From Anaerolineae bacterium (lineage in GTDB: Bacteria > Chloroflexota > Anaerolineae > Aggregatilineales > Phototrophicaceae): a DNA stretch of 64,000 nucleotides. The stretch lies in the NCBI GenBank assembly GCA_022843385.1, contig JALHNT010000013.1, positions 62,197 to 126,196 of the forward strand. The letters are read 5' to 3'. How positions within the stretch are numbered: position 1 is the stretch's first letter; the number at the start of each line of letters is the position of its first letter. The position numbers and the translations under genes were made by a program. The notes under the pieces are model-generated. The model saw only the letters and a list, made by a program, of their open reading frames with translations. It made no database searches and was not told the origin of the DNA. Shown here piece by piece: positions 29,090-38,348 of the stretch.

Positions 29090-30964
29090 CTACCCTGTCT
29101 GCTGCTGTGCCAGGCGTGGGTCGGTCGGCGCGACCTGGATGACGGCGGCCCAGGGTTGGTAGCTGGTGAAGATGGTATCGGTACGGATTTCATTGCCCTG
29201 GGCGTCGAGGATACGTCGGGTGAAGGTAATATCCGCCCCTTCCTTGGCCCAATCGACATAGACTTCCTGCCCCAACTGAAGCTGAGCATTGGACTCGAAG
29301 ATGGTGTTGCGCGCCGGCACCACATCGCGGATGACTGGTCCTTCCAGAATCACCTGCCGTCCCGGATTGGTGCTGTACAACCGGAATTGTACCGATTGAT
29401 CCTGGGGAAACACCGATGTCTCCAGCAGCAGATGATGGGGCGTGTCATTGACGAAGCGGAAGTCCGCTGTCGGCTGAAAGATGGCGGCATCCAACCCTGG
29501 CGGCTGATTGTTCTGTTCGTAGAAGCCGACGCGGTAGCCATGTGAATGGCGCTCACTGATGGGAAAACCGGCCTTCAGCGCTGCCCGAAAAATAGTGGTG
29601 CTGATCTGGCAAACACCGCCGCCCACGCCCTCAACCGTGCGCCCGCCGAAGATGATCTTGCCCTGCACAAAGCCAGTCTCGACGCTGATATCGCCCAGAT
29701 GGGCATTGAAGGAGAATTCCTCGCCAGGCGCGATGATGAGACCGTTGAAACGTTCCAGCGCCTCGATGATGTTCTGGGTGCGACTCTGGGTCGACCCGAC
29801 ATAGTAGGTCGTCGCCTCCCCCACCATCTGAGTGATGCCCAGTTCGGCCGCGGTGATGTTGCTGCTGTAACGCGGCAATGTGTAGCTGAAGGCCAACGGG
29901 ACAACCCGGTTCTGTGGATCGAAGACAGCATCGCGCACTTTTGCCAGTGTGCCATCGACATCCAACTGTCGCCCGTTGATACTGGCCTTTATCATCTCCA
30001 GTTGGCGTGTCTCTTCATTAAAATGGAACCGTCCATCTTCCGGCAGGCTGATGAGGCCGGCGGCCAGGCTCTGTACGAACCCGCGCAGCGGCTCGACATT
30101 CACTTCGACATCATAGCTTAGACTGCCGGCTTCGTTGGTCACCAGTTTGAGCGCCAGCAACGACTTGATCTGGTCGACGCTGGCAACCCAGGGGCCGAGC
30201 GTCCCGCCGCGTTGATTATCCGTGATGAGGGTCAAGGGGCTGGCGAGCGCTGCATTGAGTTTGGCTGCTGCCTGATCGGCGTCGCGCACCGCCGGTGCTG
30301 CTTCATTCACCACCAGCGTGATCTCTTCACCAGTGTTCAATTGCAGCAGCGCGGTTTCCAGTTGGGTCAAAGTGGCAGGAATATCCAGCGCCAGGCCATT
30401 CTGAGATGGCGTGGTCACAACGGTTGTGCCGCTGATATTGATGGTTGCATCGACGGGAGCGCGGTTGAGTTCAGTCGCGATGGCGTTCAGGCGTTCCAGC
30501 GTCACCTGCTGGTCGTAACGCACAATCGGCGCGACGCTGCGCCCGTTCAACCAGGCGCTGGCCTGCAAGCCCAGATCACTCAAGGGATTGCCACTATGCC
30601 CCATAGCGAAAGCCTGATCGACTGTAGTATCCGCATCAAACTGAATGCCCAGCTCACCAGCACTGGCTTGCCAGAAGCGTTCGCCATAACGAAAAGTGAA
30701 GACTGCATTCTGATCATAGGTGAACACCTGACGCAGCGCCTGCACCGCTTCAGCCTCGGTCTTGCCACTCAAATCAACTCCGTAAGCCGAAACACCTGGT
30801 GTGATCTTGTCGGCATAAAGCGTTTGAAAGCCCAGCACCAGACCAACCAGCAGCGCCAGGAACAGGATGCCCCCGCTCATCAGCAGTACCGGCAGCCGGA
30901 TCAGCCAGGGGTTCAGGCCGGGTTCTGACTGCCTCGGCACATAATATTCATCATATCCACTCAT
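29090..30964 (-). CDS. VanW family protein with PG-binding_4 domains
   Basis: N-terminal TM, GVDLSGKT..EA, PGEEFSFN, GGGVCQISTT.FRAAL, ERHSH and DFRFVNDT motifs. Confidence 0.88.
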   Translation of the reverse strand: MSGYDEYYVPRQSEPGLNPWLIRLPVLLMSGGILFLALLVGLVLGFQTLYADKITPGVSAYGVDLSGKTEAEAVQALRQVFTYDQNAVFTFRYGERFWQASAGELGIQFDADTTVDQAFAMGHSGNPLSDLGLQASAWLNGRSVAPIVRYDQQVTLERLNAIATELNRAPVDATINISGTTVVTTPSQNGLALDIPATLTQLETALLQLNTGEEITLVVNEAAPAVRDADQAAAKLNAALASPLTLITDNQRGGTLGPWVASVDQIKSLLALKLVTNEAGSLSYDVEVNVEPLRGFVQSLAAGLISLPEDGRFHFNEETRQLEMIKASINGRQLDVDGTLAKVRDAVFDPQNRVVPLAFSYTLPRYSSNITAAELGITQMVGEATTYYVGSTQSRTQNIIEALERFNGLIIAPGEEFSFNAHLGDISVETGFVQGKIIFGGRTVEGVGGGVCQISTTIFRAALKAGFPISERHSHGYRVGFYEQNNQPPGLDAAIFQPTADFRFVNDTPHHLLLETSVFPQDQSVQFRLYSTNPGRQVILEGPVIRDVVPARNTIFESNAQLQLGQEVYVDWAKEGADITFTRRILDAQGNEIRTDTIFTSYQPWAAVIQVAPTDPRLAQQQTG

Positions 30965-31149
30965 GACCCTGAAACCTCATGATTTGCTATTGGACAACTC
31001 GCATTCAGGTGTACTGCCGCTCAGATCGTTTGATTGTACCATGATTGCTGTGGCTATCAGGGGAAATCTTATGCCCATCATTTCGATTTCCTGCTATACT
31101 GTCGTTAATGAATTTCGTTATAAACCTCAACATACAGTGAGGTACAACC

Positions 31150-31560
31150 ATAACAAGCAAAACAGGTAAGGGCTGTTCGTATCGGCATCTGGATGGAGAC
31201 ATTTACGAATTCATTTTTACCGAAGCGACAACAGCCGCGATTGACGAGTGGATTGACCTGATGGATTGGGTCATGGCGCACGATCCGCCACCCCCAGGTG
31301 TCATGCGCGCGCTCATCGATACACGTATTTCTGGTGCAACCCCGATCTACTATTCGATGAAACGGGTAGCAGAGTGGTTGAATCGGCATCAACAACCGGG
31401 CCAACGGATCCAGGCACGTATCGCATCGTTGTATCGCTCACCATCATTTTATGTTACGCTGGTGCAATATCTCATCACGACATTGCGCTTCAGCACCAAA
31501 ATCGCCTTCTTTTATGATGATCGTGAGGCTGCCATTGAATGGCTATGCCGACAGGAGTAG
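31150..31560 (+). CDS. STAS/SEC14-like small protein, paralog 1 (apparent ATA start)
   Basis: Homology to the next two genes extends upstream of ATG 31261 (GCSYRHLDGDIYEFIFTEATTAAIDEW). An in-frame TGA sits at 31138, and the only start-like codon after SD GAGGT is ATA at 31150. Confidence 0.65.
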   Translation: MTSKTGKGCSYRHLDGDIYEFIFTEATTAAIDEWIDLMDWVMAHDPPPPGVMRALIDTRISGATPIYYSMKRVAEWLNRHQQPGQRIQARIASLYRSPSFYVTLVQYLITTLRFSTKIAFFYDDREAAIEWLCRQE

Positions 31561-31592
31561 CTCCATCGAACGTCTGTTAAGGAGACTATGCC

Positions 31593-32003
31593 ATGCCCCC
31601 TGTGTGTACCTACACCTATCTGGATGGCAACGTCCACCAGTATGTTTTCTCTCAATCAACCCGATCGGCTGTTGATGAGTGGCTGGCAATCGCCGATCAA
31701 CTGCTCATCCAATATCCCACCGCACCGGGTCAGATCGCGCGTGTCCTGTTTGACACATGCCAATCCGGCCCACTGCCTTTATTCTACGCCTTTCAGCGCA
31801 GCGCCGAGTGGAACAGACGCCATGCATCCGTCTATCGTCCTCTTATGCAAAAAACGGCTTATCTGTATCCAACCAGAGATCAATCGTACAACGCTATCAT
31901 GAGTCAGTTATCGAAGGTGTTTGCACCAGCTTACTTTGTTCCGAAGTATTTCGGTGAAGACCGCGCCGCCGCCATCGCCTGGTTGCTGACCGATCACCGC
32001 TGA
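31593..32003 (+). CDS. STAS/SEC14-like small protein, paralog 2
   Basis: AGGAGA SD; CTY.YLDG..F.QSTRSAVDEW ... LFD..SGP.P ... EDRAAAIAWL. Confidence 0.75.
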   Translation: MPPVCTYTYLDGNVHQYVFSQSTRSAVDEWLAIADQLLIQYPTAPGQIARVLFDTCQSGPLPLFYAFQRSAEWNRRHASVYRPLMQKTAYLYPTRDQSYNAIMSQLSKVFAPAYFVPKYFGEDRAAAIAWLLTDHR

Positions 32004-32030
32004 CCGACGCCCCCGGAGAAAGAGTGCTAA

Positions 32031-32435
32031 ATGGGATCACTGTGCACAGTCAACTGGCTTGAGGGCGGCATCTATGAGTTCTGCTTCACTCAATCCTCCA
32101 GAGCTGCGGTGGACGAGTGGCTGGAACTGGTGCATCAGACTCTGGTCGATAACCCGCGCTCCCCTGGGCATATTGAGCTTGTCCTGTTCGATTCGCGTCA
32201 GTCCGGCCCACAGCCGATCCTGTATGCCTTTCAACGCATCGTTCAGTGGTACAAAGTCGTTCGACTGGTCTATGACCCCAGTCTAGTGAAATCGGCCTAT
32301 CTTTATCGACAGCGCGACGCTTCCTATGGCCGTATCATGCGCCAGATGATGAATGTGTTTATGCCGGCGCATTTTCAACAGGGATATTTTGCCGAAGACC
32401 GCGATGCCGCCATAGCCTGGCTGCTGAAGGATTAA
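32031..32435 (+). CDS. STAS/SEC14-like small protein, paralog 3
   Basis: CTV.WLEGGIYEF.FTQSSRAAVDEW ... LFDSRQSGP.P ... EDRDAAIAWL. Confidence 0.75.
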   Translation: MGSLCTVNWLEGGIYEFCFTQSSRAAVDEWLELVHQTLVDNPRSPGHIELVLFDSRQSGPQPILYAFQRIVQWYKVVRLVYDPSLVKSAYLYRQRDASYGRIMRQMMNVFMPAHFQQGYFAEDRDAAIAWLLKD

Positions 32436-33505
32436 GCGATTTCCAGGATCGCTGACCGCACGATTGGTTCCCCATTGCTTTCGACTGTGATCATCGGCCA
32501 TTGACCGGTATGCGTCAGCACGTTTGCACCCGACTCAGTGAGCAGGAAGGTCTCTTCGGATTTACAGCCGACCAGCGAGGGATTCCAGGCGAAGGCTTGA
32601 CCGGCTTCGATCACAGTAGTATCGCCCGGCAGCGCCAGCCGTTCACGCGAGTTATAGGCGATCAGCCCACCCTGATGATGCAGTCGCCACTGATTGGCTT
32701 CATCCACAGCCGCATAAGCCGCCTGAATAGCGTTCAACACATCGCCCAGCGTCCGCCCCGGACGAGTGGCCTGCTGTGCCGCAGCATCAACGGTTGCGAT
32801 ACGCTGAAGCTTATCCTTCAAGCTATCGGGCAGCTTGCCAAGATACGCCAGCCGCGTCGCCGCCGCGATCAATCCGCCGCGCCGCATACACACCACCACC
32901 ATCGCCAGTCGTTCCAGGCGTTTATTGGTTGGCAGGGGGTGACGAAACTGGCTGATGCGTTCGTCCGTCGCCACCAGATTGACCACCGCTGCCCCACCCC
33001 GTTCGCGGCAGGCCGCATCCAACCGCGCCGCAATATCAAACTCGGTATCCCCAGGGCGCACTGCCCGCGTTGCCTCCTCAACTGCCTCGGCGGTATCCCG
33101 CCCCAGCTCACGATAGCGTTCCTGTTCCCATATCGTCAGTTTCGAGCGTAGCCGCTGAAGAGCCGCTTCAAACATATCCTCATCGCGGATGAGTGGTCCA
33201 TCTGGTATCGGGTACTGAGGCGCATGCCAGGGGTATTCGACATATTCAAAGCCGTCATCATGAAGCCGATCTTCAGCCCGCAGCCGGACGGCCTCGATAT
33301 TGGTGGTATAGATCAGGCGTTGCTCGCGGGTGATGAGCAGGCTGTAGGCACCGAAATCACGATTGATAGCGATGCTGGCATCCGCCCCGGCCGTGAACCA
33401 GGCGATATTACGGGTGCAGCGCAGCCAGAGCGCCTCGACCTGCCACTGGTCGAGTAGGGCGCGGATCTGCTGATGCTTGTGGTTGATCTCGTCCAAGCGG
33501 GTCAT
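32432..33505 (-). CDS. M24 family metallopeptidase
   Basis: NIAWFTAG, FRHPLPT, HHQGG..Y..RE and AWNPS..G.KSE motifs. AGGAGA SD. Confidence 0.85.
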   Translation of the reverse strand: MTRLDEINHKHQQIRALLDQWQVEALWLRCTRNIAWFTAGADASIAINRDFGAYSLLITREQRLIYTTNIEAVRLRAEDRLHDDGFEYVEYPWHAPQYPIPDGPLIRDEDMFEAALQRLRSKLTIWEQERYRELGRDTAEAVEEATRAVRPGDTEFDIAARLDAACRERGGAAVVNLVATDERISQFRHPLPTNKRLERLAMVVVCMRRGGLIAAATRLAYLGKLPDSLKDKLQRIATVDAAAQQATRPGRTLGDVLNAIQAAYAAVDEANQWRLHHQGGLIAYNSRERLALPGDTTVIEAGQAFAWNPSLVGCKSEETFLLTESGANVLTHTGQWPMITVESNGEPIVRSAILEIA

Positions 33506-33638
33506 CGGTTTGTTCTCCTGAATTGCGGCTTGCCACTCCAATCGTAACAGATTGGACCTCGGAACGGCTACCTGCCGAGTCGTGGTACAATTTCCCCACC
33601 ATTATTGATCCAACACAGACAGCCTACAGGGAAGACTC

Positions 33639-35105
33639 ATGAGCGACTGGAAACCGATCATCGGCCTGGAAATTCATGCCGAATTGCTGACCGCCAGCAA
33701 GATGTTCAGCGCCTGCCCGGTGGTGGATAGCGTCGAAGCGGCACCCAACACCGCCGTTGATCCGGTCTCGCTGGGGCTGCCGGGGACACTGCCGGTCATC
33801 AATCAACAGGCGTTGGAATTCGCCATGAAGGTCGGGCTGGCGCTGCACTGCGACATCCCGCCACTCAACCAGTTCGCCCGCAAGAGCTACTTCTACCCCG
33901 ATCTGCCCAAAGGTTACCAGATCAGTCAGTATGACCGTCCGCTGTGCAAGAATGGCTACCTCGACATCGAAGTGACGTCGGAAAAAGGTGAAGCCTACAG
34001 CAAGCGCATCCGCATCCGCCGCGCCCATCTGGAAGAAGATACGGGTAAGCTGACGCACGTCAACGGTGCCAGCCTGGTCGATTACAATCGCGCCGGGGTG
34101 CCGCTGCTGGAAATCGTCACCGAGCCGGACATCAACAGCGCCGAAGAAGCCGAAGCCTTCGGACGCAAGCTGCGCGCCATCCTGCAATACCTGGGGGTCA
34201 ACAACGGCGATATGTCCAAAGGCGTGCTGCGGATGGAGCCGAACATCAGCGTCATGCACCGGGACGATGCCGAGTTCCGTGAGCGCACTGAAGTCAAAAA
34301 CCTGAACAGCATCCGCAATGTCTACCGCGCCATCAAGGCCGAGACCGAGCGCCAGATCAAGTTGTGGCAGACGGGAGAGGGCGTCAAGCGCGCCACGCTC
34401 GGCTGGGACGAGGGCAAGCAAAAGCTGGTGATCCAGCGCTACAAAGAGAGCGCCGACGAATATCGTTACTTCCCGGAACCCGATCTGCCGATTGTCGAGG
34501 TCAGCCGTGAATGGGTCGAATCCGTCCGCGCCACGCTGCCGGAACTGCCGGATGCCAAGCGCAGCCGCTTTGAAGAGGCACTCGGCCTGAGCCATTACGA
34601 CGCGATGGTATTGTGCCTGGATAAACCGGTCGCTGATTATTACGAAGCGGTGCTGGCCGCCGGTGCCAAACCGAAGCCGGCCGCCAACTGGATCATCACC
34701 GCCCTGTTCAGCCTCATGAACAGCGCTGGCGTCGAACGCGACCAGATCGGCAGCACCCAGGTCAGCCCAGCCCATTTCGCCGCGCTGGTCACGCTGGTCG
34801 ATGGCGGGACGCTCAACAAGGGTACCGCGACTGATGTGCTGAACAAGATGTGGGAAAGCGGCACCGACCCGAACCAGATCGTCGCAGCCGAAGGATTGGT
34901 GCAGGTCTCGGACAGCAGCGCCATCGAAGGGGTGGTCAACGAGGTGCTGGCGGCCAACGAAGCGGTGGTGCAGCGCTACCTGAATGGCGAGGAGAAGGTG
35001 TTTGGGGCGCTGGTCGGTCAGTGCATGAAGGCGCTCAAGGGCAAGGGCAACCCGGCCATCGTCAACGAGCTGCTGAAGCAGGCGATTGAGAGGCAAGGGA
35101 AATGA
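33639..35105 (+). CDS. gatB: Asp-tRNA(Asn)/Glu-tRNA(Gln) amidotransferase subunit B
   Basis: [61 protein letters not shown] and VGQCMK..KGKGNP motifs. Confidence 0.98.
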   Translation: MSDWKPIIGLEIHAELLTASKMFSACPVVDSVEAAPNTAVDPVSLGLPGTLPVINQQALEFAMKVGLALHCDIPPLNQFARKSYFYPDLPKGYQISQYDRPLCKNGYLDIEVTSEKGEAYSKRIRIRRAHLEEDTGKLTHVNGASLVDYNRAGVPLLEIVTEPDINSAEEAEAFGRKLRAILQYLGVNNGDMSKGVLRMEPNISVMHRDDAEFRERTEVKNLNSIRNVYRAIKAETERQIKLWQTGEGVKRATLGWDEGKQKLVIQRYKESADEYRYFPEPDLPIVEVSREWVESVRATLPELPDAKRSRFEEALGLSHYDAMVLCLDKPVADYYEAVLAAGAKPKPAANWIITALFSLMNSAGVERDQIGSTQVSPAHFAALVTLVDGGTLNKGTATDVLNKMWESGTDPNQIVAAEGLVQVSDSSAIEGVVNEVLAANEAVVQRYLNGEEKVFGALVGQCMKALKGKGNPAIVNELLKQAIERQGK

Positions 35106-35950
35106 GCGCGTTATCAAGGGACTATCTCGACCTGGAAGGTCGCGGCCCATTCCCCAATCAAATCGATCCCTGGGTCGAAGCCGGACGCTATTTTCACCCG
35201 CTGCACAACGAAATCATCAGTCAAATTATGCTGCGGCTGCGCGGCGAACTGCGTCAATTGGGCTACACCATCGGGCGCGAAGCCTCGTTGCAAGTGACGG
35301 AACTGGGTAAACCCGACCTCTACATCCAGTCGTTAGCCAACGGTGCGCCGCGCCAACGGGCTTATGAGTACGCGACGGCGGCTGAAGGGGTGCTGGCCGA
35401 ACCGGGCGTCCTGCTGAACGCGGAACCGGAACTGGATGGGCTGCACATCCGCCATCTGGAGAGCGGTGATCTGGTGACGATCATCGAGATCGTCTCGCCG
35501 AAAAACAAAGAGTCGCAGGGCATCATTCAGGCTTATGTCGAACGGCGGCAACGCCAGGTGCTGGAGCAGGGGGTGAACGTGGTCGAGATCGATCTCACCC
35601 GTTCCGTCCAGCATCTCGTCTACCTCGACCGACTGAACCGGACGGATTATCACATCGCGGTTCATCTGCCCGACCCGGTGTCGCGGGTGATTCGGATGGC
35701 CTATGGCGAGCCGCTGAAACGCTTCGCCCTGCCGTTGCGGCGTGAGGTCGTTGCGGTGGAGTTGCAGCCAGTCTATGCCGACGCCTATCGCAACGCCTCG
35801 TGCGCCCTGCACATGGATCACGAGGGGCATTATACCGAAGCCAACCTGCCCTATCCCTCGCTGCTGACCGACGGGCAGCGGCAGTCCGCGCTGCTGGCGG
35901 TGCAGACCTGGCGCGACCAGCTCCACCGGCTGCGCAGCGAATCCGGCTGA
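35102..35950 (+). CDS. DUF4058 family protein
   Basis: [27 protein letters not shown] and VVEIDL.R motifs. Overlaps the gatB stop (ATGA). Confidence 0.75.
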   Translation: MSALSRDYLDLEGRGPFPNQIDPWVEAGRYFHPLHNEIISQIMLRLRGELRQLGYTIGREASLQVTELGKPDLYIQSLANGAPRQRAYEYATAAEGVLAEPGVLLNAEPELDGLHIRHLESGDLVTIIEIVSPKNKESQGIIQAYVERRQRQVLEQGVNVVEIDLTRSVQHLVYLDRLNRTDYHIAVHLPDPVSRVIRMAYGEPLKRFALPLRREVVAVELQPVYADAYRNASCALHMDHEGHYTEANLPYPSLLTDGQRQSALLAVQTWRDQLHRLRSESG

Positions 35951-36019
35951 GGCAGACCCGCATAATCTGAACCAGCTATATTTTCCCCCTGTCCACCGAG
36001 ATGGAGCAGAAGTACGCTC

Positions 36020-38305
36020 ATGAGCCGCACAATTGGAACCATCCTGTTACAGGCCATCACCGGCGATATCGATTCGCAGAACATCATCCTTAAACAGACT
36101 CCCCAGACGATCACCGACGCTTTCATCGAAGCACTTGACCAGGGCGATGAAACGCAGCGTCTGCGCCTTTCCGAGGTGATTGCCCAGATGGGCAGACCGA
36201 TGGTCGCCCCGTTGATCCAGGCGCTCGATCATCCCAACACCCAGGTGCGCCGTTTTGCCACCTGGTCTTTAGGCCATATGATGGATTGGGTCAGCGAAGT
36301 TCCCACGCAGCGCCTGATTGACATCGTGCTGGATGAGCGCGAGGATGCCATGACCCACTGGGCTGCTATCTGGGTCTTGCAGCGATTCCGCCAGCCACAG
36401 GCTATACCCGCTATCATCCAGAAAGGTCTGAGCCATTACAACTACGATGTGCAGGCCGTGAGCGCAGAGGCGCTGAGCTACCTGGGTACTGCTGACGACA
36501 ACACCGTCAATCAGGCTTTGATACCGCTGCTGGGCGATCCCCAGGAGTATGTTCGTCAACAAGCCGGTTATGCGCTCGAACGATTGATGGGGCCGGAACA
36601 GTATCGCAACTTGCTGGCCTCCCAGATGCCAAAGGAGCCTGCTGGCCCACCACCGGACATCGGTGAATTGATCGCTACTGCGATGTATACTGCTGATTCT
36701 GCTGCCCGTAATCAGGCGATCATCTCGCTGCGCCAGCGCGGCGCAGAACCGGTCGAGCCGTTGATGGAAGTGCTGCATCGCGGCGACAATGAGGCACGGT
36801 TGGCCGTTTCTGAGGTCATCCAGACCATGGGCGGCATCATGGTCAGCCCCTTACTGCAAGCCTTATATGACCCAGATAGTCAGGTCAACCGTTTCGCTGC
36901 CTTCAACCTGGGACATCTCCAAGGATATGAGTTTGAACCGCCAATCACCCGTCTGATGGAACTCGCGCAGCATGCGGATTGGAGCGTCAGTTGGAGCGCC
37001 ATCTTTGCCCTGGGGCGCTTTCGGGCTGATGGAGCGATTGATGTTATCCTGACAGGGCTAAAACACCCCAACCACGACATCCGGGCTGTGAGCGTTGAAG
37101 CGCTGGGGCTCATCGGTGATCCACGCACTTTTGAGCCATTGTCCGCCATGTTTCAGGACACCCATCCCCACGTCCTTGAGCAAACCGTGCGCGCATTGGG
37201 TCATTTCCCTAACCAGCGACTGCCTGAGTCTTTCTTGCAGCTTTATATAGAACATGGCCTTCAGAACCCCAATCTCTTTCACCACATCCAGTACATACCG
37301 TTTGAAATTCCCTATTCAGCCGAATGGGTCGAACGCCTGATGCAGCCTCAGCCGATTTCGCCCCTCACCATCCGCTTGATCGGCATGATGCGCGATGAGC
37401 GGGTGGTGCCGCTGTTGGTCAGTATGCTGGGAAAATATCAGAGCGATCTGGAGATGCAGCTTAGTGTGCTGGAAGCGCTGGGGAGTACACAGCAGGAAAG
37501 CGCTGTCCCGCCCATGATTGAGTCCATCGACGCCTTTCTGGCGCGCCTCAGCCCGGATGACTATAACACCCATTCCTCTACTACCCTACGTCTGATGATG
37601 GCTCTGGCCTCCAACCTGAGTCCGTCCGCGCAGCGTTATCTGGAAACAATACAAAAGCCAGAGAACTACGCCTTACACGCTCTGGCAACCTGTCTAGCCC
37701 AACAAGGTACGGATGAAGCGCTGGCGGCTCTGATCGATCTCATTGGGCGCATGAGGCAAGACCCGATGGCGGTTCTGGGCATCTTCCATTCATCCTTCAT
37801 TATCTACGGAGTTAGCGGCTCTGAAGATCACCTGATTAGGCTGACAAAAGCGGTGCTGGATTTAAATCTACCCGGCACTGAAAGCATGGCTTATAATCTG
37901 GCCGGGCTGTTAGCTTATCGTCGATTAAACGAGTTCCCGCGTGTTTTCATCGAGCGGCTTACCGCTGATGATGAGGTTGTTCGCGCAAAAGCCCTACAGA
38001 TTATCAGGATCATCACCCAACAATTTGTCCAGTTGGCCTATGAGATGCTTCCCGAAGTGATTGGCCTCAGTGAATCTCACCAAAAAGCGATGTATAGCCA
38101 GAACATGATAGCCCCGCTCATCGTGGCCTGGAAGCAGCAGCGCAATGATGAGCGGCGTTCAGGCTATATCAAGGATGCTCTGCTCGCAGCCGGGATCATG
38201 GCTGTGCCGCTGCTGCGCGAGCTGCAACAGGATGCGATTGCCGGATTACAGGCTGAAGCCCGGGTCTTGCTCGATGAGATCCAGCAGCAGAATCACTTCT
38301 GGTGA
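36020..38305 (+). CDS. HEAT/PBS-lyase repeat protein
   Basis: Repeated LIQAL.HP...VRR.A..SLG and VSVEALGLIGDPR units. Confidence 0.85.
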   Translation: MSRTIGTILLQAITGDIDSQNIILKQTPQTITDAFIEALDQGDETQRLRLSEVIAQMGRPMVAPLIQALDHPNTQVRRFATWSLGHMMDWVSEVPTQRLIDIVLDEREDAMTHWAAIWVLQRFRQPQAIPAIIQKGLSHYNYDVQAVSAEALSYLGTADDNTVNQALIPLLGDPQEYVRQQAGYALERLMGPEQYRNLLASQMPKEPAGPPPDIGELIATAMYTADSAARNQAIISLRQRGAEPVEPLMEVLHRGDNEARLAVSEVIQTMGGIMVSPLLQALYDPDSQVNRFAAFNLGHLQGYEFEPPITRLMELAQHADWSVSWSAIFALGRFRADGAIDVILTGLKHPNHDIRAVSVEALGLIGDPRTFEPLSAMFQDTHPHVLEQTVRALGHFPNQRLPESFLQLYIEHGLQNPNLFHHIQYIPFEIPYSAEWVERLMQPQPISPLTIRLIGMMRDERVVPLLVSMLGKYQSDLEMQLSVLEALGSTQQESAVPPMIESIDAFLARLSPDDYNTHSSTTLRLMMALASNLSPSAQRYLETIQKPENYALHALATCLAQQGTDEALAALIDLIGRMRQDPMAVLGIFHSSFIIYGVSGSEDHLIRLTKAVLDLNLPGTESMAYNLAGLLAYRRLNEFPRVFIERLTADDEVVRAKALQIIRIITQQFVQLAYEMLPEVIGLSESHQKAMYSQNMIAPLIVAWKQQRNDERRSGYIKDALLAAGIMAVPLLRELQQDAIAGLQAEARVLLDEIQQQNHFW

Positions 38306-38348
38306 GGCGTGGCCTAATCAACACACCCAATGGCAGTAACAACCAGCT

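Noticed and set aside
29090-30964. VanW-like gene as vancomycin resistance
   Set aside because: No vanHAX or vanRS nearby. VanW/YoaR-like proteins are widespread cell-wall proteins.
33624-35150. 508-aa ORF antisense to gatB
   Set aside because: Shadow ORF produced by GC-rich codon bias. It has no motifs and fully overlaps an unambiguous gene.
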